From: an uncultured Acidimicrobiaceae bacterium
GTDB taxonomy: Bacteria; Actinomycetota; Acidimicrobiia; Acidimicrobiales; MedAcidi-G1
NCBI GenBank assembly: GCA_913030665.1
Contig: CAJWFS010000003.1
Coordinates: forward strand, 101-64,100
DNA: 64,000 bases
Direction of reading: 5' to 3'
This document shows positions 35,095 through 45,126 of the stretch, in pieces. Position 1 is the stretch's first letter, and each line of letters opens with the position of its first letter. A program made the translations under genes and the position numbers. A model generated the notes under the pieces. It was given only the letters and a program-made list of their open reading frames with translations. It did not search any database and was not told where the DNA came from.

Positions 35095-36513
35095 TCAGCT
35101 GTCGAAGCCGATTCCGAACCTGTCCAACAGGGTCAGCCATGGCCCACGGCGCCCACCCCGCCGATCTGATCGCTGTATGGCCCGACGTGTGGCCTGGATC
35201 GCCGGCCAGCGCAGTGGCTCGGGTGGGAACGGAAACGGCGACCTGCGAACCATCTCGAGTTCGGTCCGTTCGGTGGTTGGCCCGTCGACCAGGTCGAGGG
35301 CGACGAGCGCACCGAAGCGGCTGGCGCCCACCCCGAGGCCCGTGTATCCAGCTGCCCACGAGACGGTCCCGCGGTGGCTGGTACCCCAGGCGCAGGTGAA
35401 CCGGCTGGTGGTGGCGATGGGCCCACCCCACCTGTGGGTGAACGAGAGGCCCTCCAACTGGGGGAACGTCTCGAAGAAGTGGGTTGCCAGCATCCGGGAG
35501 GTTCCCGGACTGTGCTCGACGGCTGCACCGACCCGGTTGCCGAAGTGGTAGATGGCGTCCCAGCCGCCCCAGAGGATCCGGTCATCGGAGGTGAGGCGGT
35601 AGTAGTGGAACTGGTTACCCATGTCGGATAGTCCCTGACGGTTCGACCAGCCGATCGCCGCCAGCTGGTCGCCTGAGAGCGGTTCAGTCACCAGGACGTG
35701 GTCGTACACGGGTGCGACGTACCGGCGGATGCGACGGACCGGCGGGTCGAAGGCGTTCGTAGCCACGACAGCGCGTCGGGCAGCCACCGCACCTGTGTCG
35801 GTCCGGATACGTACGCCCGTCGTCCCGCCTCCGCCTACGGCTTCGATCGATCGCACCAGCGTGTTCTCGAAGAACCGCACCCCGAGTGATTCGGCAGCGC
35901 GTTGCAGGCCCCAGGCCAACCTTGCCGGGTCCAGCATCACCACGCCGTCATGGTGCCAGATCCCACCTAGGTAGGTGGGCGAGTCCACCTCGGAACGGGT
36001 GGATGGTGTGTCCAGCAGGGTCACGGACAGGCCGTGTGCCTCGTGGAGCGAGGCGCTGTCGGCCAGGGAGTCGGCCTGCCATGGGGAGACGGCCACGTTA
36101 AGCGCACCTGTCGACTCCGGTGAGCAGTCGATGCCGTGGCGGGAGATGACGTCTAGTAGTCCCCGCAGGTTCTCGTCGCCGAGGTGGAGGAGCGTGTCGA
36201 CCTCGTCGGGCCAGTGGGCGACGCCGTTCTCGAGTCCGTGGGTGAGCGAGGCCTCGCAGAACCCACCGTTGCGGCCTGACGCTCCGGAGGCCGCGGTGTC
36301 GGCCTCCAGGACCACAATGGAGCGCCCAGGGTTCGCTTCCGCGGCGGTGAGCGCCGTCCAGAGCCCGGTGAAGCCACCCCCCACTATGGCGAGGTCGACG
36401 TCCAGGTCGGTGTCCAGACACGGTGCGGGCTCAGGTCGCTCGGGTCGATCCAGCCAGAACACCGCCGGGCGGGCTTCGCCCAGAGCTCGCGCGCCGATCG
36501 TCTCAGCGCTCAT
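35095..36513 (-). CDS. FAD-dependent oxidoreductase, DAO family (a divergent paralogue of the preceding gene)
   Basis: 'DLAIVGGGFTGLWTAL' and 'GASGRNGGF'. Confidence 0.88.
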   Translation of the reverse strand: MSAETIGARALGEARPAVFWLDRPERPEPAPCLDTDLDVDLAIVGGGFTGLWTALTAAEANPGRSIVVLEADTAASGASGRNGGFCEASLTHGLENGVAHWPDEVDTLLHLGDENLRGLLDVISRHGIDCSPESTGALNVAVSPWQADSLADSASLHEAHGLSVTLLDTPSTRSEVDSPTYLGGIWHHDGVVMLDPARLAWGLQRAAESLGVRFFENTLVRSIEAVGGGGTTGVRIRTDTGAVAARRAVVATNAFDPPVRRIRRYVAPVYDHVLVTEPLSGDQLAAIGWSNRQGLSDMGNQFHYYRLTSDDRILWGGWDAIYHFGNRVGAAVEHSPGTSRMLATHFFETFPQLEGLSFTHRWGGPIATTSRFTCAWGTSHRGTVSWAAGYTGLGVGASRFGALVALDLVDGPTTERTELEMVRRSPFPFPPEPLRWPAIQATRRAIQRSDRRGGRRGPWLTLLDRFGIGFDS

Positions 36514-36690
36514 GACACTGGGGCGGCGTGGCCGTAGGAAACGACGGAAAACATCGTCAAAATAGAAAAAAGAAACTGAATCCGTCGCAAAACTGGCGCC
36601 TGTCCAACGAAATCAGTAGCATTTGGCACGTTCCAGAGGGTAGTCCCTTCGGGAGGGGGAGTCGACGAGGCATGGGGAGGAGCTGGGTCG
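36514..36690. promoter_or_regulatory. 177-nt divergent control region with a ~60-nt A-rich block (36541-36600)
   Basis: 'acgacggaaaacatcgtcaaaatagaaaaaagaaactgaatccgtcgcaaaactgg'. GGAGGAG lies 8 nt before the potA ATG. Confidence 0.45.
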
Positions 36691-37788
36691 ATGCATGACA
36701 CTACGGATGGACCGCGACCGGCGGTGGAGTTGCAGGGCGTCGTCAAGCGGTTCGGTGATCGGTCGGGGACCGAGGTCACCGCGGTGGACGACCTCGACCT
36801 CAGGATCGCCGACGGCGAGTTCTTCTCACTTCTGGGACCATCAGGCTGCGGCAAGACGACCACCCTCCGGATGATCGCCGGCCTGGAGCTCCCGACCGCC
36901 GGTTCCATCCGGATCCACGGTGAGGAGATGGGACTCCGGCCGCCCAACAGGCGACCCGTCAACACCGTGTTCCAGAACTACGCCCTCTTCCCCCACATGA
37001 CGGTGGCTAAGAACATCGGATTCGGGCTGGAGATGCGCAAGGTCCCGACCGGCGATCGAGCCGAGTTGATTGACTGGGCCATCCAGCTCGTCGAGATGGG
37101 CGCCCTGGCCCATCGCAAGCCAGGACAGCTCTCTGGAGGGCAGCAGCAGCGGGTGGCCCTCGCCAGGGCGCTCGTGAATAGGCCCGAGGTCCTCCTGCTG
37201 GACGAGCCTCTGGGTGCCCTTGACCTGAAACTCCGCCAGCAGATGCAGCATGAGCTGAAGACCCTCCAACGAGAGGTCGGGATCACCTTCGTCTACGTGA
37301 CCCACGACCAGGAGGAGGCGGTCACGATGAGCGACCGAATCGGCGTCATGCACGACGGTCGCCTGCTCCAGGTCGACACGCCGGAGGCCATCTACGAGAG
37401 ACCCACTACCCGGTTCGTGGCCGACTTCATCGGGCAGAGCAACTTCCTGGAGGCGACGGTGGCCTCGGCCGACGAGGTGGTCCTGGCCAACGGCCAGCGC
37501 CTCCGCCTGTCATCTGACAGTCCATCGGGCGAGGCCGTGGCCGTGACCGTCAGGCCGGAGCGCCTCACGGTCCACCGTCGCGGCGAGGCCCCGGCAGGCC
37601 TCCACCACCTGGAGGGCCGAGTGGAGACGGTCACCTACCTGGGCAACGCGATCGTCTACGGAATCGGCATCGACTGGATGCACCTCGATGTCCGTTGTCC
37701 TGCCACTCTGGCCGTGGAGCGGCGCGATGTCGGAGACGAGGTCACCGTGTCGTTCGAGCCCCGGCACGCAGCGGTGGTCACTGGCTGA
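36691..37788 (+). CDS. potA: spermidine/putrescine-type ABC transporter ATP-binding protein
   Basis: Walker A 'GPSGCGKTT', signature 'LSGGQQQRVALARAL', Walker B 'LLLDEP', and a C-terminal TOBE-like tail. Confidence 0.9.
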   Translation: MHDTTDGPRPAVELQGVVKRFGDRSGTEVTAVDDLDLRIADGEFFSLLGPSGCGKTTTLRMIAGLELPTAGSIRIHGEEMGLRPPNRRPVNTVFQNYALFPHMTVAKNIGFGLEMRKVPTGDRAELIDWAIQLVEMGALAHRKPGQLSGGQQQRVALARALVNRPEVLLLDEPLGALDLKLRQQMQHELKTLQREVGITFVYVTHDQEEAVTMSDRIGVMHDGRLLQVDTPEAIYERPTTRFVADFIGQSNFLEATVASADEVVLANGQRLRLSSDSPSGEAVAVTVRPERLTVHRRGEAPAGLHHLEGRVETVTYLGNAIVYGIGIDWMHLDVRCPATLAVERRDVGDEVTVSFEPRHAAVVTG

Positions 37789-38708
37789 TGTCCGTCGTCG
37801 CTCCCCCGGATGAGGCACAGGCCGTGGATGGTCCATCCGAGGTGGCGACGCCGGGACTGGAGCGCCAGGCCGAACGGGCGAAGGCCCGCCAGGGGTTCCT
37901 TCTCGGCCTGCCGGCGATCCTCTACCTGCTGGTCTTTTTCGTCATCCCCCTGGGGGTAGTCGTCGCCTACTCGTTCGCCACCCGGACCCGCAGCGGCCGG
38001 ACGGAACTCCGGGACTGGAACCTCAACGCATACGCCCGCCTGGGAGACGACATCGTGCTCACGGTGGCGTGGCGGTCCCTCTGGGTGGCAGCGCTCACCA
38101 CGGTCATTTGCATCCTGCTGGCCTACCCGCTGGCCTACTTCATCTCCACGCGGAGCGCGGTCACCCGCAACCTGCTCCTCGTCGGGATCATGATTCCGTT
38201 CTGGTCCAACTTCCTGATCCGAACGTACGCCTGGAGGGTCCTACTGGACAGCGACGGGCTGGTCACGCAGATGGTCCAGGCCACCGGCCTTGGCGATGGC
38301 CGCATCCTGTTCACAACCAACGCGGTGATCCTGGGACTGGTTTATGGCTACCTGCCGTTCATGGTCCTGCCCCTCTACGCGGCCATCGAGCGGATCGACT
38401 GGAGTCTCGTGGAAGGGGCCCGTGACCTCTACGCCAACGGCTGGGGTGCCTTCCGACGGGTGGTCTGGCCGTTGTCCAAGCCGGGCGTTGTGGCTGGTTC
38501 GATCCTGGTGTTCGTTCCGAGCTTCGGCGCCTATGTGACGCCGGCGATCCTGGGAGGCAACAAGGAGGGCCTGCTGGGGAGCTACATCGTGCTGCAGTTC
38601 CTGTCCGCCCGCAATGGGCCCGTCGGTTCAGCCGTCTCAGTCGTGGTGCTGGTAGTCATGCTGCTCGGCACTTTGTTGTACTTCCGTGCCGGTGGGAAGA
38701 ACCTGTGA
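37788..38708 (+). CDS. potB: polyamine-type ABC transporter permease
   Basis: It is multi-TM, and 'EGARDLYANGWGAFRRVVWPLSKPG' is the EAA loop. The ATG at 37788 overlaps the potA TGA (TGATG). Confidence 0.88.
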   Translation: MSVVAPPDEAQAVDGPSEVATPGLERQAERAKARQGFLLGLPAILYLLVFFVIPLGVVVAYSFATRTRSGRTELRDWNLNAYARLGDDIVLTVAWRSLWVAALTTVICILLAYPLAYFISTRSAVTRNLLLVGIMIPFWSNFLIRTYAWRVLLDSDGLVTQMVQATGLGDGRILFTTNAVILGLVYGYLPFMVLPLYAAIERIDWSLVEGARDLYANGWGAFRRVVWPLSKPGVVAGSILVFVPSFGAYVTPAILGGNKEGLLGSYIVLQFLSARNGPVGSAVSVVVLVVMLLGTLLYFRAGGKNL

Positions 38709-39571
38709 GCAAGGGCGTCGCTAGGTCTACCGCTGAGCCTCAGGGACTCTCCAGGTGGTGGTTGCGGGGGCATTCCCTGCTCGTCTTCGTCTTCTTCTAC
38801 GCGCCGATCGTGGTCCTGTTCGTGTTCTCGTTCAACGACAGCAACGCTGTCGGCAACTGGAAGGGCTTCACCCTCGGCTGGTACGAAGCATTCCTGGACA
38901 ACCAGAACGTCCATGAGTCGATCTGGATATCGGTCAAGGTCTGCCTTTTCTCCACGGTCATCGCAGTAGTGCTGGGCACCGCCAGCGCCCTGGCCCTGGA
39001 ACGCTTCCGTTGGTGGGGCCAGAAGGCCTTCGACGCCGTGCTCTACCTTCCGATCATCATCCCCGACGTCACCATGGCCGTGATGATGCTCGTCTTCTTC
39101 GGCGAGACGGCCCACTGGTTCAACGTGATCCCCGGCGTCGACCTCACATCCGGCCTCGAGAAGCTGGTCCTCAGCCATGTGGCCTTCAACATCTCGTTCG
39201 TGTCGGTGGTCGTGCGGGCTCGCCTCGCCAATCTGGACGCATCCATGGAGGAGGCGGCGGCCGACCTCTACGCCAACCGCTGGCAGGCGTTCCGGCGGGT
39301 CACGCTTCCGCAGATCATGCCGGGCGTGTTGGGTGGTGCCCTGCTGGCCATCACCATCTCGTTGGACGATGTCGTCGTCTCCAGTTTCGTGGCGGCAGTG
39401 GGCGCAACCCCGATCTCCGTATACGTGTTCGGCATGTTGAGAAAGGGCGTCAGCCCCCTCGTGAACTCCGTGTCGGTCGTGATGTTGACGGCGTCGATCA
39501 GCCTCGTGCTGGCATCGCTGGTGTTCTCCCGGGCAACGGGCTCGGAGAGGGAGGAAAGGTTAAAGACATGA
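38705..39571 (+). CDS. potC: polyamine-type ABC transporter permease
   Basis: 'EEAAADLYANRWQAFRRVTLPQIMPG' is the EAA loop. The GTG at 38705 overlaps the previous stop (GTGA). Confidence 0.88.
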   Translation: MSKGVARSTAEPQGLSRWWLRGHSLLVFVFFYAPIVVLFVFSFNDSNAVGNWKGFTLGWYEAFLDNQNVHESIWISVKVCLFSTVIAVVLGTASALALERFRWWGQKAFDAVLYLPIIIPDVTMAVMMLVFFGETAHWFNVIPGVDLTSGLEKLVLSHVAFNISFVSVVVRARLANLDASMEEAAADLYANRWQAFRRVTLPQIMPGVLGGALLAITISLDDVVVSSFVAAVGATPISVYVFGMLRKGVSPLVNSVSVVMLTASISLVLASLVFSRATGSEREERLKT

Positions 39572-40665
39572 GAAATTGGATGCGAGCGTTCGCTCTTCTG
39601 GGGGTGATCAGCGTCTTGGCTGTCGGATGCGGCAGCGACGAGGAGGAGGCTTCGGCCTTCAAGCAGTGCGCCTTCGGGGAGACCGACGGCGACCTGGCGT
39701 TCTTCAACTGGTCCGAGTACATGGACCCCGACCTGATCACGGCATTCCAGGATCAGTTCGGGGTCTCGGTCATCGAGGACTTCTACCCGTCCAACGAGGA
39801 GATGTTCGCCAAGGTGGAGCACGGCGAATCCGGCTACGACATGATCGTTCCGTCCGACTACATGATCTCGATCCTCATCTCAGAGGCGATGATCCAGCCG
39901 GTGCAGGCTGCGGCGGTTCCCAACCGGACCAACATCTCAGACAAGTTCTCCGACCCGCCCTTCGATCCGGGCAGCACATACACGTCGGCCTACCAGTGGG
40001 GGACCACCGGGGTCGGTGTCGACCTCGGGGTGACCGGTGACGTGCCACAGACATGGGGCCTGCTGTTCGACGCCGACCTCGCCGAGAAGTACGGGCTGGA
40101 TGGGGCCATCACGCTGCTGGACGATCCACGGGAGACCGTTGGTGCAGCGCTCAAGTACCTGGGCTACTCGTTGAACTCGACGTCAGCCGACGAGCTGGCT
40201 GAGGCCGAGGCGGTCATCGCCGACGCAGTCAGTCGCGTCGCGGCGTTCGACTCCGACCAGTACAGCGAGTTGATCGTCAGCGGTGAGACCATCGTCGGCC
40301 ACGGCTACAGCGGCAACTTCCTCTGGGACTTCGAGGAGGGTGAGAGCGAGTACACCTACTTCGTGCCCGACGAGGGAGGCACGATCTGGGTGGACGGTAT
40401 GGCCGTCCTGGTGGACGCGCCGCATCCGTGCACGGCATTCGCCTTCATGAACTTCCTGCTGGACGCGCACAACGGCGCCCAGCTGACCAACTTCAACTGG
40501 TATGCCAGCCCGAACGGGGCAGCGGAGGAGTTCATCGACCAGGAGGTTCTGGACAACCAGATCATCTACCCGTCGGACGAGACTATGAAGCGCCTCGAGT
40601 TCATCGAGGACACCGGTGACTTCGAGATCGAGTTCACCGACGCCCTGACACGGGCACGCGGCTAG
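39568..40665 (+). CDS. potD: polyamine-type extracellular solute-binding lipoprotein
   Basis: Lipobox 'VLAVGCGS'; 'FFNWSEYMDPDLI', 'YDMIVPSDYM' and 'NFNWYASPN' are PotD/PotF-like. The ATG at 39568 overlaps the previous stop (ATGA). Confidence 0.88.
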   Translation: MRNWMRAFALLGVISVLAVGCGSDEEEASAFKQCAFGETDGDLAFFNWSEYMDPDLITAFQDQFGVSVIEDFYPSNEEMFAKVEHGESGYDMIVPSDYMISILISEAMIQPVQAAAVPNRTNISDKFSDPPFDPGSTYTSAYQWGTTGVGVDLGVTGDVPQTWGLLFDADLAEKYGLDGAITLLDDPRETVGAALKYLGYSLNSTSADELAEAEAVIADAVSRVAAFDSDQYSELIVSGETIVGHGYSGNFLWDFEEGESEYTYFVPDEGGTIWVDGMAVLVDAPHPCTAFAFMNFLLDAHNGAQLTNFNWYASPNGAAEEFIDQEVLDNQIIYPSDETMKRLEFIEDTGDFEIEFTDALTRARG

Positions 40666-40689
40666 GACCGTCCTCCCTTCCGGGCCGTT

Positions 40690-40720
40690 GGGGCGGGGGC
40701 GCACGGCGCGCTCCCGCCCC
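40690..40720 (+). terminator. 13-bp GC-rich hairpin (GGGGCGGGGGCGC-ACGGC-GCGCTCCCGCCCC, one G.U pair) after potD, with no U-tract
   Basis: Read from the sequence, 25 nt after the potD stop. Confidence 0.4.
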
Positions 40721-40797
40721 ACCCCCGGGCGGACGAACCCCGGGCAACCGACGACGGCAGCCGGTCAGACCCGATCAAACGATCTGGAGAGCAGGCG

Positions 40798-42165
40798 ATG
40801 AGCGAACACAGGCGGTTGGCAGAGCTGGCCGAGAGGCACCTCTGGGGCCACTTCTCGGTCCTCAAGAACGACATCGACGGAACCCGCGTCATCGAACGAG
40901 GCCAGGGCTGCCACGTCTGGGACGCCGAGGGCAACCGGTACCTGGACGGCCTTGCCGGCCTCTTCGTGAGCCAGTTGGGCCACGGCCGACCCGAGCTGGC
41001 CCGCGCCGCAGGCGACCAGGCGGCGACGCTTGGCTATTTCCCGATCTGGACCTACGGGCACCCGAAGGCCATCGAGTTGGCGGCGAAGCTGGCCGAGCTG
41101 GCTCCCGGCGACCTGAACCGGGTGTTCTTCACCACCGGCGGTTCTGAGGCTGTCGAGTCGGCGTGGAAGCTGGCACGTCAGTACTTCAAGTTGAAGGGCC
41201 AACCCGACCGCGTAAAGGTCATCAGCCGCAACCTCGCCTACCACGGCACCACCATGGGGGCCCTGTCCATCACCGGCCTGGACTCGATCAAGACCATGTT
41301 CGAGCCGCTGGTCCCCGGCGCGGTCAAGGTGCCCGAGACCAACCACTACCGGTGCCCGACCTGTCAGGACGACCCCCACTGCACGTTGCACGCCGCCGAC
41401 GCGATAGAGGAGGCCATTCTCCGGGAGGGTCCCGAGACGATCGCCGCCGTTTTCTTGGAGCCGGTCCAGAACGCCGGAGGCTGCTTCACTCCGCCGCCCG
41501 GCTACTGGACGCGGGTGCGCGAGATCTGTGACCGGTACGGCGTGCTGCTTGTTTCCGACGAGGTGATCTGCGCCTTCGGACGGCTTGGGTACATGTTCGG
41601 ATGCGAGAGTTACGGCTACCAGCCGGACATGATCACCTGCGCCAAGGGGCTCACTTCCGGCTACGCGCCCCTCGGGGCAATGCTCGTGAGCGACAAGGTG
41701 GCCGAGCCGTTCGTGGGTACCGGCGAGTCGTTCCTGCACGGCATCACCTTCGCCGGCCACCCGGTCAGCTGTGCGGTGGCGCTGGCCAACCTGCAGATCT
41801 TCGAGGACGAGAAGGTCCTCGAACACGTCCGGACCAACGAGCCAGCCTTCCGTGCCGCCCTGGACGACCTGGCCGACCTGCCCATCATCGGCGACATCAG
41901 GGGCGCCGGCTACTTCTACGGCATCGAGCTGGTGAAGGACCGGACCGATCGGGTGTCGTTCAGCGGCGAGGAGCGCGAGCACCTGCTGCGAGGGTTCCTC
42001 TCGAACCGGCTGCTGGAGCTCGGCCTCATCTGCCGGGCCGACGACCGGGGCGAGCCGGTCATTCAACTTGCGCCCCCGCTCATCGCCGGACCGGACGAGT
42101 TCGCCGAGATCACCTCGAAGCTCCGGCAGGCCCTCACCGAGGCCATGGCGGAGGTGGGCACGTGA
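40798..42165 (+). CDS. class-III (omega) aminotransferase, PLP-dependent
   Basis: 'FFTTGGSEAVESAWKLAR', 'LVSDEVICAFGRLG', 'TCAKGLTSGY' (PLP Lys). Confidence 0.9.
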   Translation: MSEHRRLAELAERHLWGHFSVLKNDIDGTRVIERGQGCHVWDAEGNRYLDGLAGLFVSQLGHGRPELARAAGDQAATLGYFPIWTYGHPKAIELAAKLAELAPGDLNRVFFTTGGSEAVESAWKLARQYFKLKGQPDRVKVISRNLAYHGTTMGALSITGLDSIKTMFEPLVPGAVKVPETNHYRCPTCQDDPHCTLHAADAIEEAILREGPETIAAVFLEPVQNAGGCFTPPPGYWTRVREICDRYGVLLVSDEVICAFGRLGYMFGCESYGYQPDMITCAKGLTSGYAPLGAMLVSDKVAEPFVGTGESFLHGITFAGHPVSCAVALANLQIFEDEKVLEHVRTNEPAFRAALDDLADLPIIGDIRGAGYFYGIELVKDRTDRVSFSGEEREHLLRGFLSNRLLELGLICRADDRGEPVIQLAPPLIAGPDEFAEITSKLRQALTEAMAEVGT

Positions 42166-42653
42166 ACAAGCTGGTGGGAGCGACGGGTACGGATCGCAGC
42201 GCGGTCTTCCCGCTGGACGACGTGGACCGGGCGATCATCAGCGAACTGCAGGTGGACGGCCGCATGTCGTATGCCGAGCTGGGCCCCAGGGTGGGCCTGT
42301 CACAGGCAGCGGCTCGTCAGCGGGTCAACCGCCTGACCGAGCGGGGTGTCATGCAGGTCGTCGCCGTCACGGACCCGCTCAGCCTGGGCCTGACTACGCA
42401 GGCCATGGTCGGTATCACGGTGGTCGGCGACGTCCGGGTTGTCGCCGCGGCGGTGGCGGACCTGGCCGAGGCCGAGTACGTGCTGATCACCGCCGGTCGC
42501 TTCGACGTCCTGGCCGAGGTGCTCTGCGAGGACAACGCGGCCCTCCTGGCGCTGGTGAACGACTGGATCCGCTCCATCGATGGCGTGGCCTCGACCGAGG
42601 TGTTCTCGATCCTGAAGATGGAGAAGCTGACGTTCTCATGGGGGACCGGCTGA
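42162..42653 (+). CDS. Lrp/AsnC-family transcriptional regulator
   Basis: 'LDDVDRAIISELQVDGRMSYAELGPRVGLSQAAARQRVNRL'. The GTG at 42162 overlaps the aminotransferase stop (GTGA). Confidence 0.88.
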   Translation: MNKLVGATGTDRSAVFPLDDVDRAIISELQVDGRMSYAELGPRVGLSQAAARQRVNRLTERGVMQVVAVTDPLSLGLTTQAMVGITVVGDVRVVAAAVADLAEAEYVLITAGRFDVLAEVLCEDNAALLALVNDWIRSIDGVASTEVFSILKMEKLTFSWGTG

Positions 42654-42700
42654 CCGGTTCCCGGCTAAGGGTCAGTGGCGGGTGGGTTGATCCTGCCCCT

Positions 42701-43906
42701 CTACCGGAGGGCGGCCGCCATGGTGTCAATCACCCGTCCCACCTCGTCGTCCGTGATGACCAGCGGCGGGCAGATCGCCAGGCACGTGCCGATCGGCCTG
42801 ACGATGACCCCGGTGGCCAGGATCTCGTTTCGCACGGGAATCGAGTCCCTTCCCAGCTCGGCGGCGTAGACGGCGCCCATCCCGCGCCAGGACTCGATGA
42901 GGCCGTCGGCCTGCAGGGCACGTAGGCCCTCCTGGATTCGTTCGCCCACGTGGTTCGCTCGCTGGTCGAGCCCCTCCCTCTCCATGATGTCCAGGTTTGC
43001 GACGCCGGCCGCGCACGATGCCTGGTGGCCCGAATAGGTGTAGCCGGTGCGCAACAGGAAGCCGGGTTCCTCCAACTCCTCGGAGACCCGGCGCGAGAGG
43101 ATGACGCCTGACAACGGGAGGTAGCCGGACGTGACGCCCTTGGCGAAGGTCATGAGATCGGGTGTGACACCGAAGGCCTGGGAACCGAACCAGTGGCCGG
43201 TGCGCCCGAATCCGCAGATCACCTCGTCGAAGATGAGCAGGGCGCCGTTGTCATCGCACAGGCGCCTCAGGCCCTCCAGGTAGCCGTCTGCCGGTGGGAA
43301 GACGCCGCCGGCACCCTGGAGTGGCTCGGTCAGCACGGCGGCGATCCGGTCACCGTGTTCGGCGAACAACGACGCGGCTGCCTCGAGGTCGTCGTGTGGT
43401 ACCTCCAGGAAGTGGGGGACGAGGTCGCCCCAGCCCTCCCGGTTGGGGGCGATCCCCTGGGCCGACGTGCCACCGAAGTTGGTGCCGTGGTAGCCGTTAG
43501 TGCGCTTCACGATGACCTGGCGTCCCTCTTGTCCGCGGCGCTGCTGGACCAGCCTGGCGATCTTGAGGGCAGTGTCGACCGCCTCGGATCCGGAGCAGCC
43601 CAGGAAGACCCTCCCGTCGGGGTGAGGGGACCGTTCCGCGATCATCTCGGCCACCCGGGAGGCCGGCCCGTTGGTGAACGGGGCGAAGGTGTTGTAGGCC
43701 TCGATCTGGCGCATCTGGGCCGTCACGGCATCGATGATCTCCGTTCGCCCGTGGCCGACCTGGCAGAGCCACAGGTTCGCCATGGCGTCTACGTATTCCC
43801 GACCGTCGGAGTCAAAGACGAGCGATCCCTCGCCCCGGACGATGTCGATGAAGTCGCCCTCGGGCATGGCCGGCGGAGAGAACGGGTGGAGCAGGACATC
43901 GGTCAT
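42701..43906 (-). CDS. class-III aminotransferase, PLP-dependent (GABA / omega-amino-acid type)
   Basis: 'FLGCSGSEAVDTALKIAR', 'LIFDEVICGFGRTG', 'TFAKGVTSGY'. Confidence 0.9.
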   Translation of the reverse strand: MTDVLLHPFSPPAMPEGDFIDIVRGEGSLVFDSDGREYVDAMANLWLCQVGHGRTEIIDAVTAQMRQIEAYNTFAPFTNGPASRVAEMIAERSPHPDGRVFLGCSGSEAVDTALKIARLVQQRRGQEGRQVIVKRTNGYHGTNFGGTSAQGIAPNREGWGDLVPHFLEVPHDDLEAAASLFAEHGDRIAAVLTEPLQGAGGVFPPADGYLEGLRRLCDDNGALLIFDEVICGFGRTGHWFGSQAFGVTPDLMTFAKGVTSGYLPLSGVILSRRVSEELEEPGFLLRTGYTYSGHQASCAAGVANLDIMEREGLDQRANHVGERIQEGLRALQADGLIESWRGMGAVYAAELGRDSIPVRNEILATGVIVRPIGTCLAICPPLVITDDEVGRVIDTMAAALR

Positions 43907-45126
43907 CGGAAGGGCCTCCTGATCAGGTCGGTGGGGACGCCGGGTCGGACGAGCTGATGGTCGGCGGGTCGCGTGAGTATGGCACCGATCAGCAACAGGA
44001 TCGCCATGGTGGAGGCGGTGACAATCCAGGCAATGAGGTCACCGTGGCTGTCGTAGACCATGGACATGACTAGGGCTGCCACCGCGGCCGTGGCCACCTC
44101 GACGGCACCCATGAGACCCTGCGCGGAGGCCTGCCGGTTCTCGGCCACTGCGGCGGCCACCAGCATGGGGGCCGACGGGAAGGCGAAGCCCTCCATTACC
44201 GAGGTGACCATGGTCAGGGCCACCAGAGCGACCACTCCGGGGACGACGCCGTAGAAGGTGGTCAGCAGGGTGATACTGCTCAGGCCTCCGATGGCCCACC
44301 GGCGGGCGCCGTACCGCTGGGCCAGCGAGCCACCCAGTGGCGACAACATGGCGATGGGGAGGGCCGCCAGAGTGAGCCCGATGGCCACCGTGGTCTGGGT
44401 GGCACCGCGGGTGTCCATCTCGAGGACCCACACGGCCTCGAAGGCACCGATGAACACGAAGTAGGCCGCCACCACGAAGAAGGCGCCCACCAGGCGACGG
44501 ATGCGAAGCAGGCCCTTGAGGCCGAGGCCCTCCTCATCGCGTGCCGCCGTGTCAGGTTGGGCCCGGAAGGCGACGGGCAGCAGCGCGGCCAACGCGACGG
44601 CCATGGACCAGAACGTGAACCGGAAGCCACCGATGCCGGCCAGCAGGGAGGCGATCATCGGACCGGCCACGAAGCCGCCGACGTCCCACGCCCCGAGACG
44701 GCCCATGTTGCGTCCCAGGTTCACCGGATCGGCCACGATCACCGTGCGTCGGGCCGCCGGGCCGGCAGTGCCCAGTGCGAAGCCGAAGACCGCCCGCCCG
44801 AGCACGTAGTGCCAAAGGTCCTGGCCGACGGCCAGGAGCACCAGGCCGACGACGCCGAGGGCGAGGCCGCCGCGAAGCATGGCCGGGGCCCGGCCCCGGT
44901 CGGCATGGGGGGCCATGATGATGCTGGCCACGAAGGCCGCCCCGAATCCCGCAGCGATGGCCAGGCCGATGCCGGTCTCGGTGAACCCGAGCTCACTGCG
45001 GATCTCGGCCAGCAGCACGATTATCGACCCCAGCCCCGCCGACGCCCCGAACAGGATCAGGAAGTAGGGCATGAGGCTGGGCCCGGTCTCGGAGGGCTCG
45101 CCGTTACTGGTCAGATCGTCAGCCAC
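43903..45126 (-). CDS. MFS transporter
   Basis: About 12 hydrophobic segments. The stop overlaps the aminotransferase start (ATGA). An alternative start is ATG 45072. Confidence 0.8.
   Translation of the reverse strand: MADDLTSNGEPSETGPSLMPYFLILFGASAGLGSIIVLLAEIRSELGFTETGIGLAIAAGFGAAFVASIIMAPHADRGRAPAMLRGGLALGVVGLVLLAVGQDLWHYVLGRAVFGFALGTAGPAARRTVIVADPVNLGRNMGRLGAWDVGGFVAGPMIASLLAGIGGFRFTFWSMAVALAALLPVAFRAQPDTAARDEEGLGLKGLLRIRRLVGAFFVVAAYFVFIGAFEAVWVLEMDTRGATQTTVAIGLTLAALPIAMLSPLGGSLAQRYGARRWAIGGLSSITLLTTFYGVVPGVVALVALTMVTSVMEGFAFPSAPMLVAAAVAENRQASAQGLMGAVEVATAAVAALVMSMVYDSHGDLIAWIVTASTMAILLLIGAILTRPADHQLVRPGVPTDLIRRPFR

Noticed and set aside
36628-36650. A sigma-54-like TGGCAC motif ('atttggcacgttccagagg') upstream of potA.
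   Set aside because: There is no TTGC element at the canonical 5-nt spacing, and Actinomycetota are not known to use RpoN. I treat it as chance.
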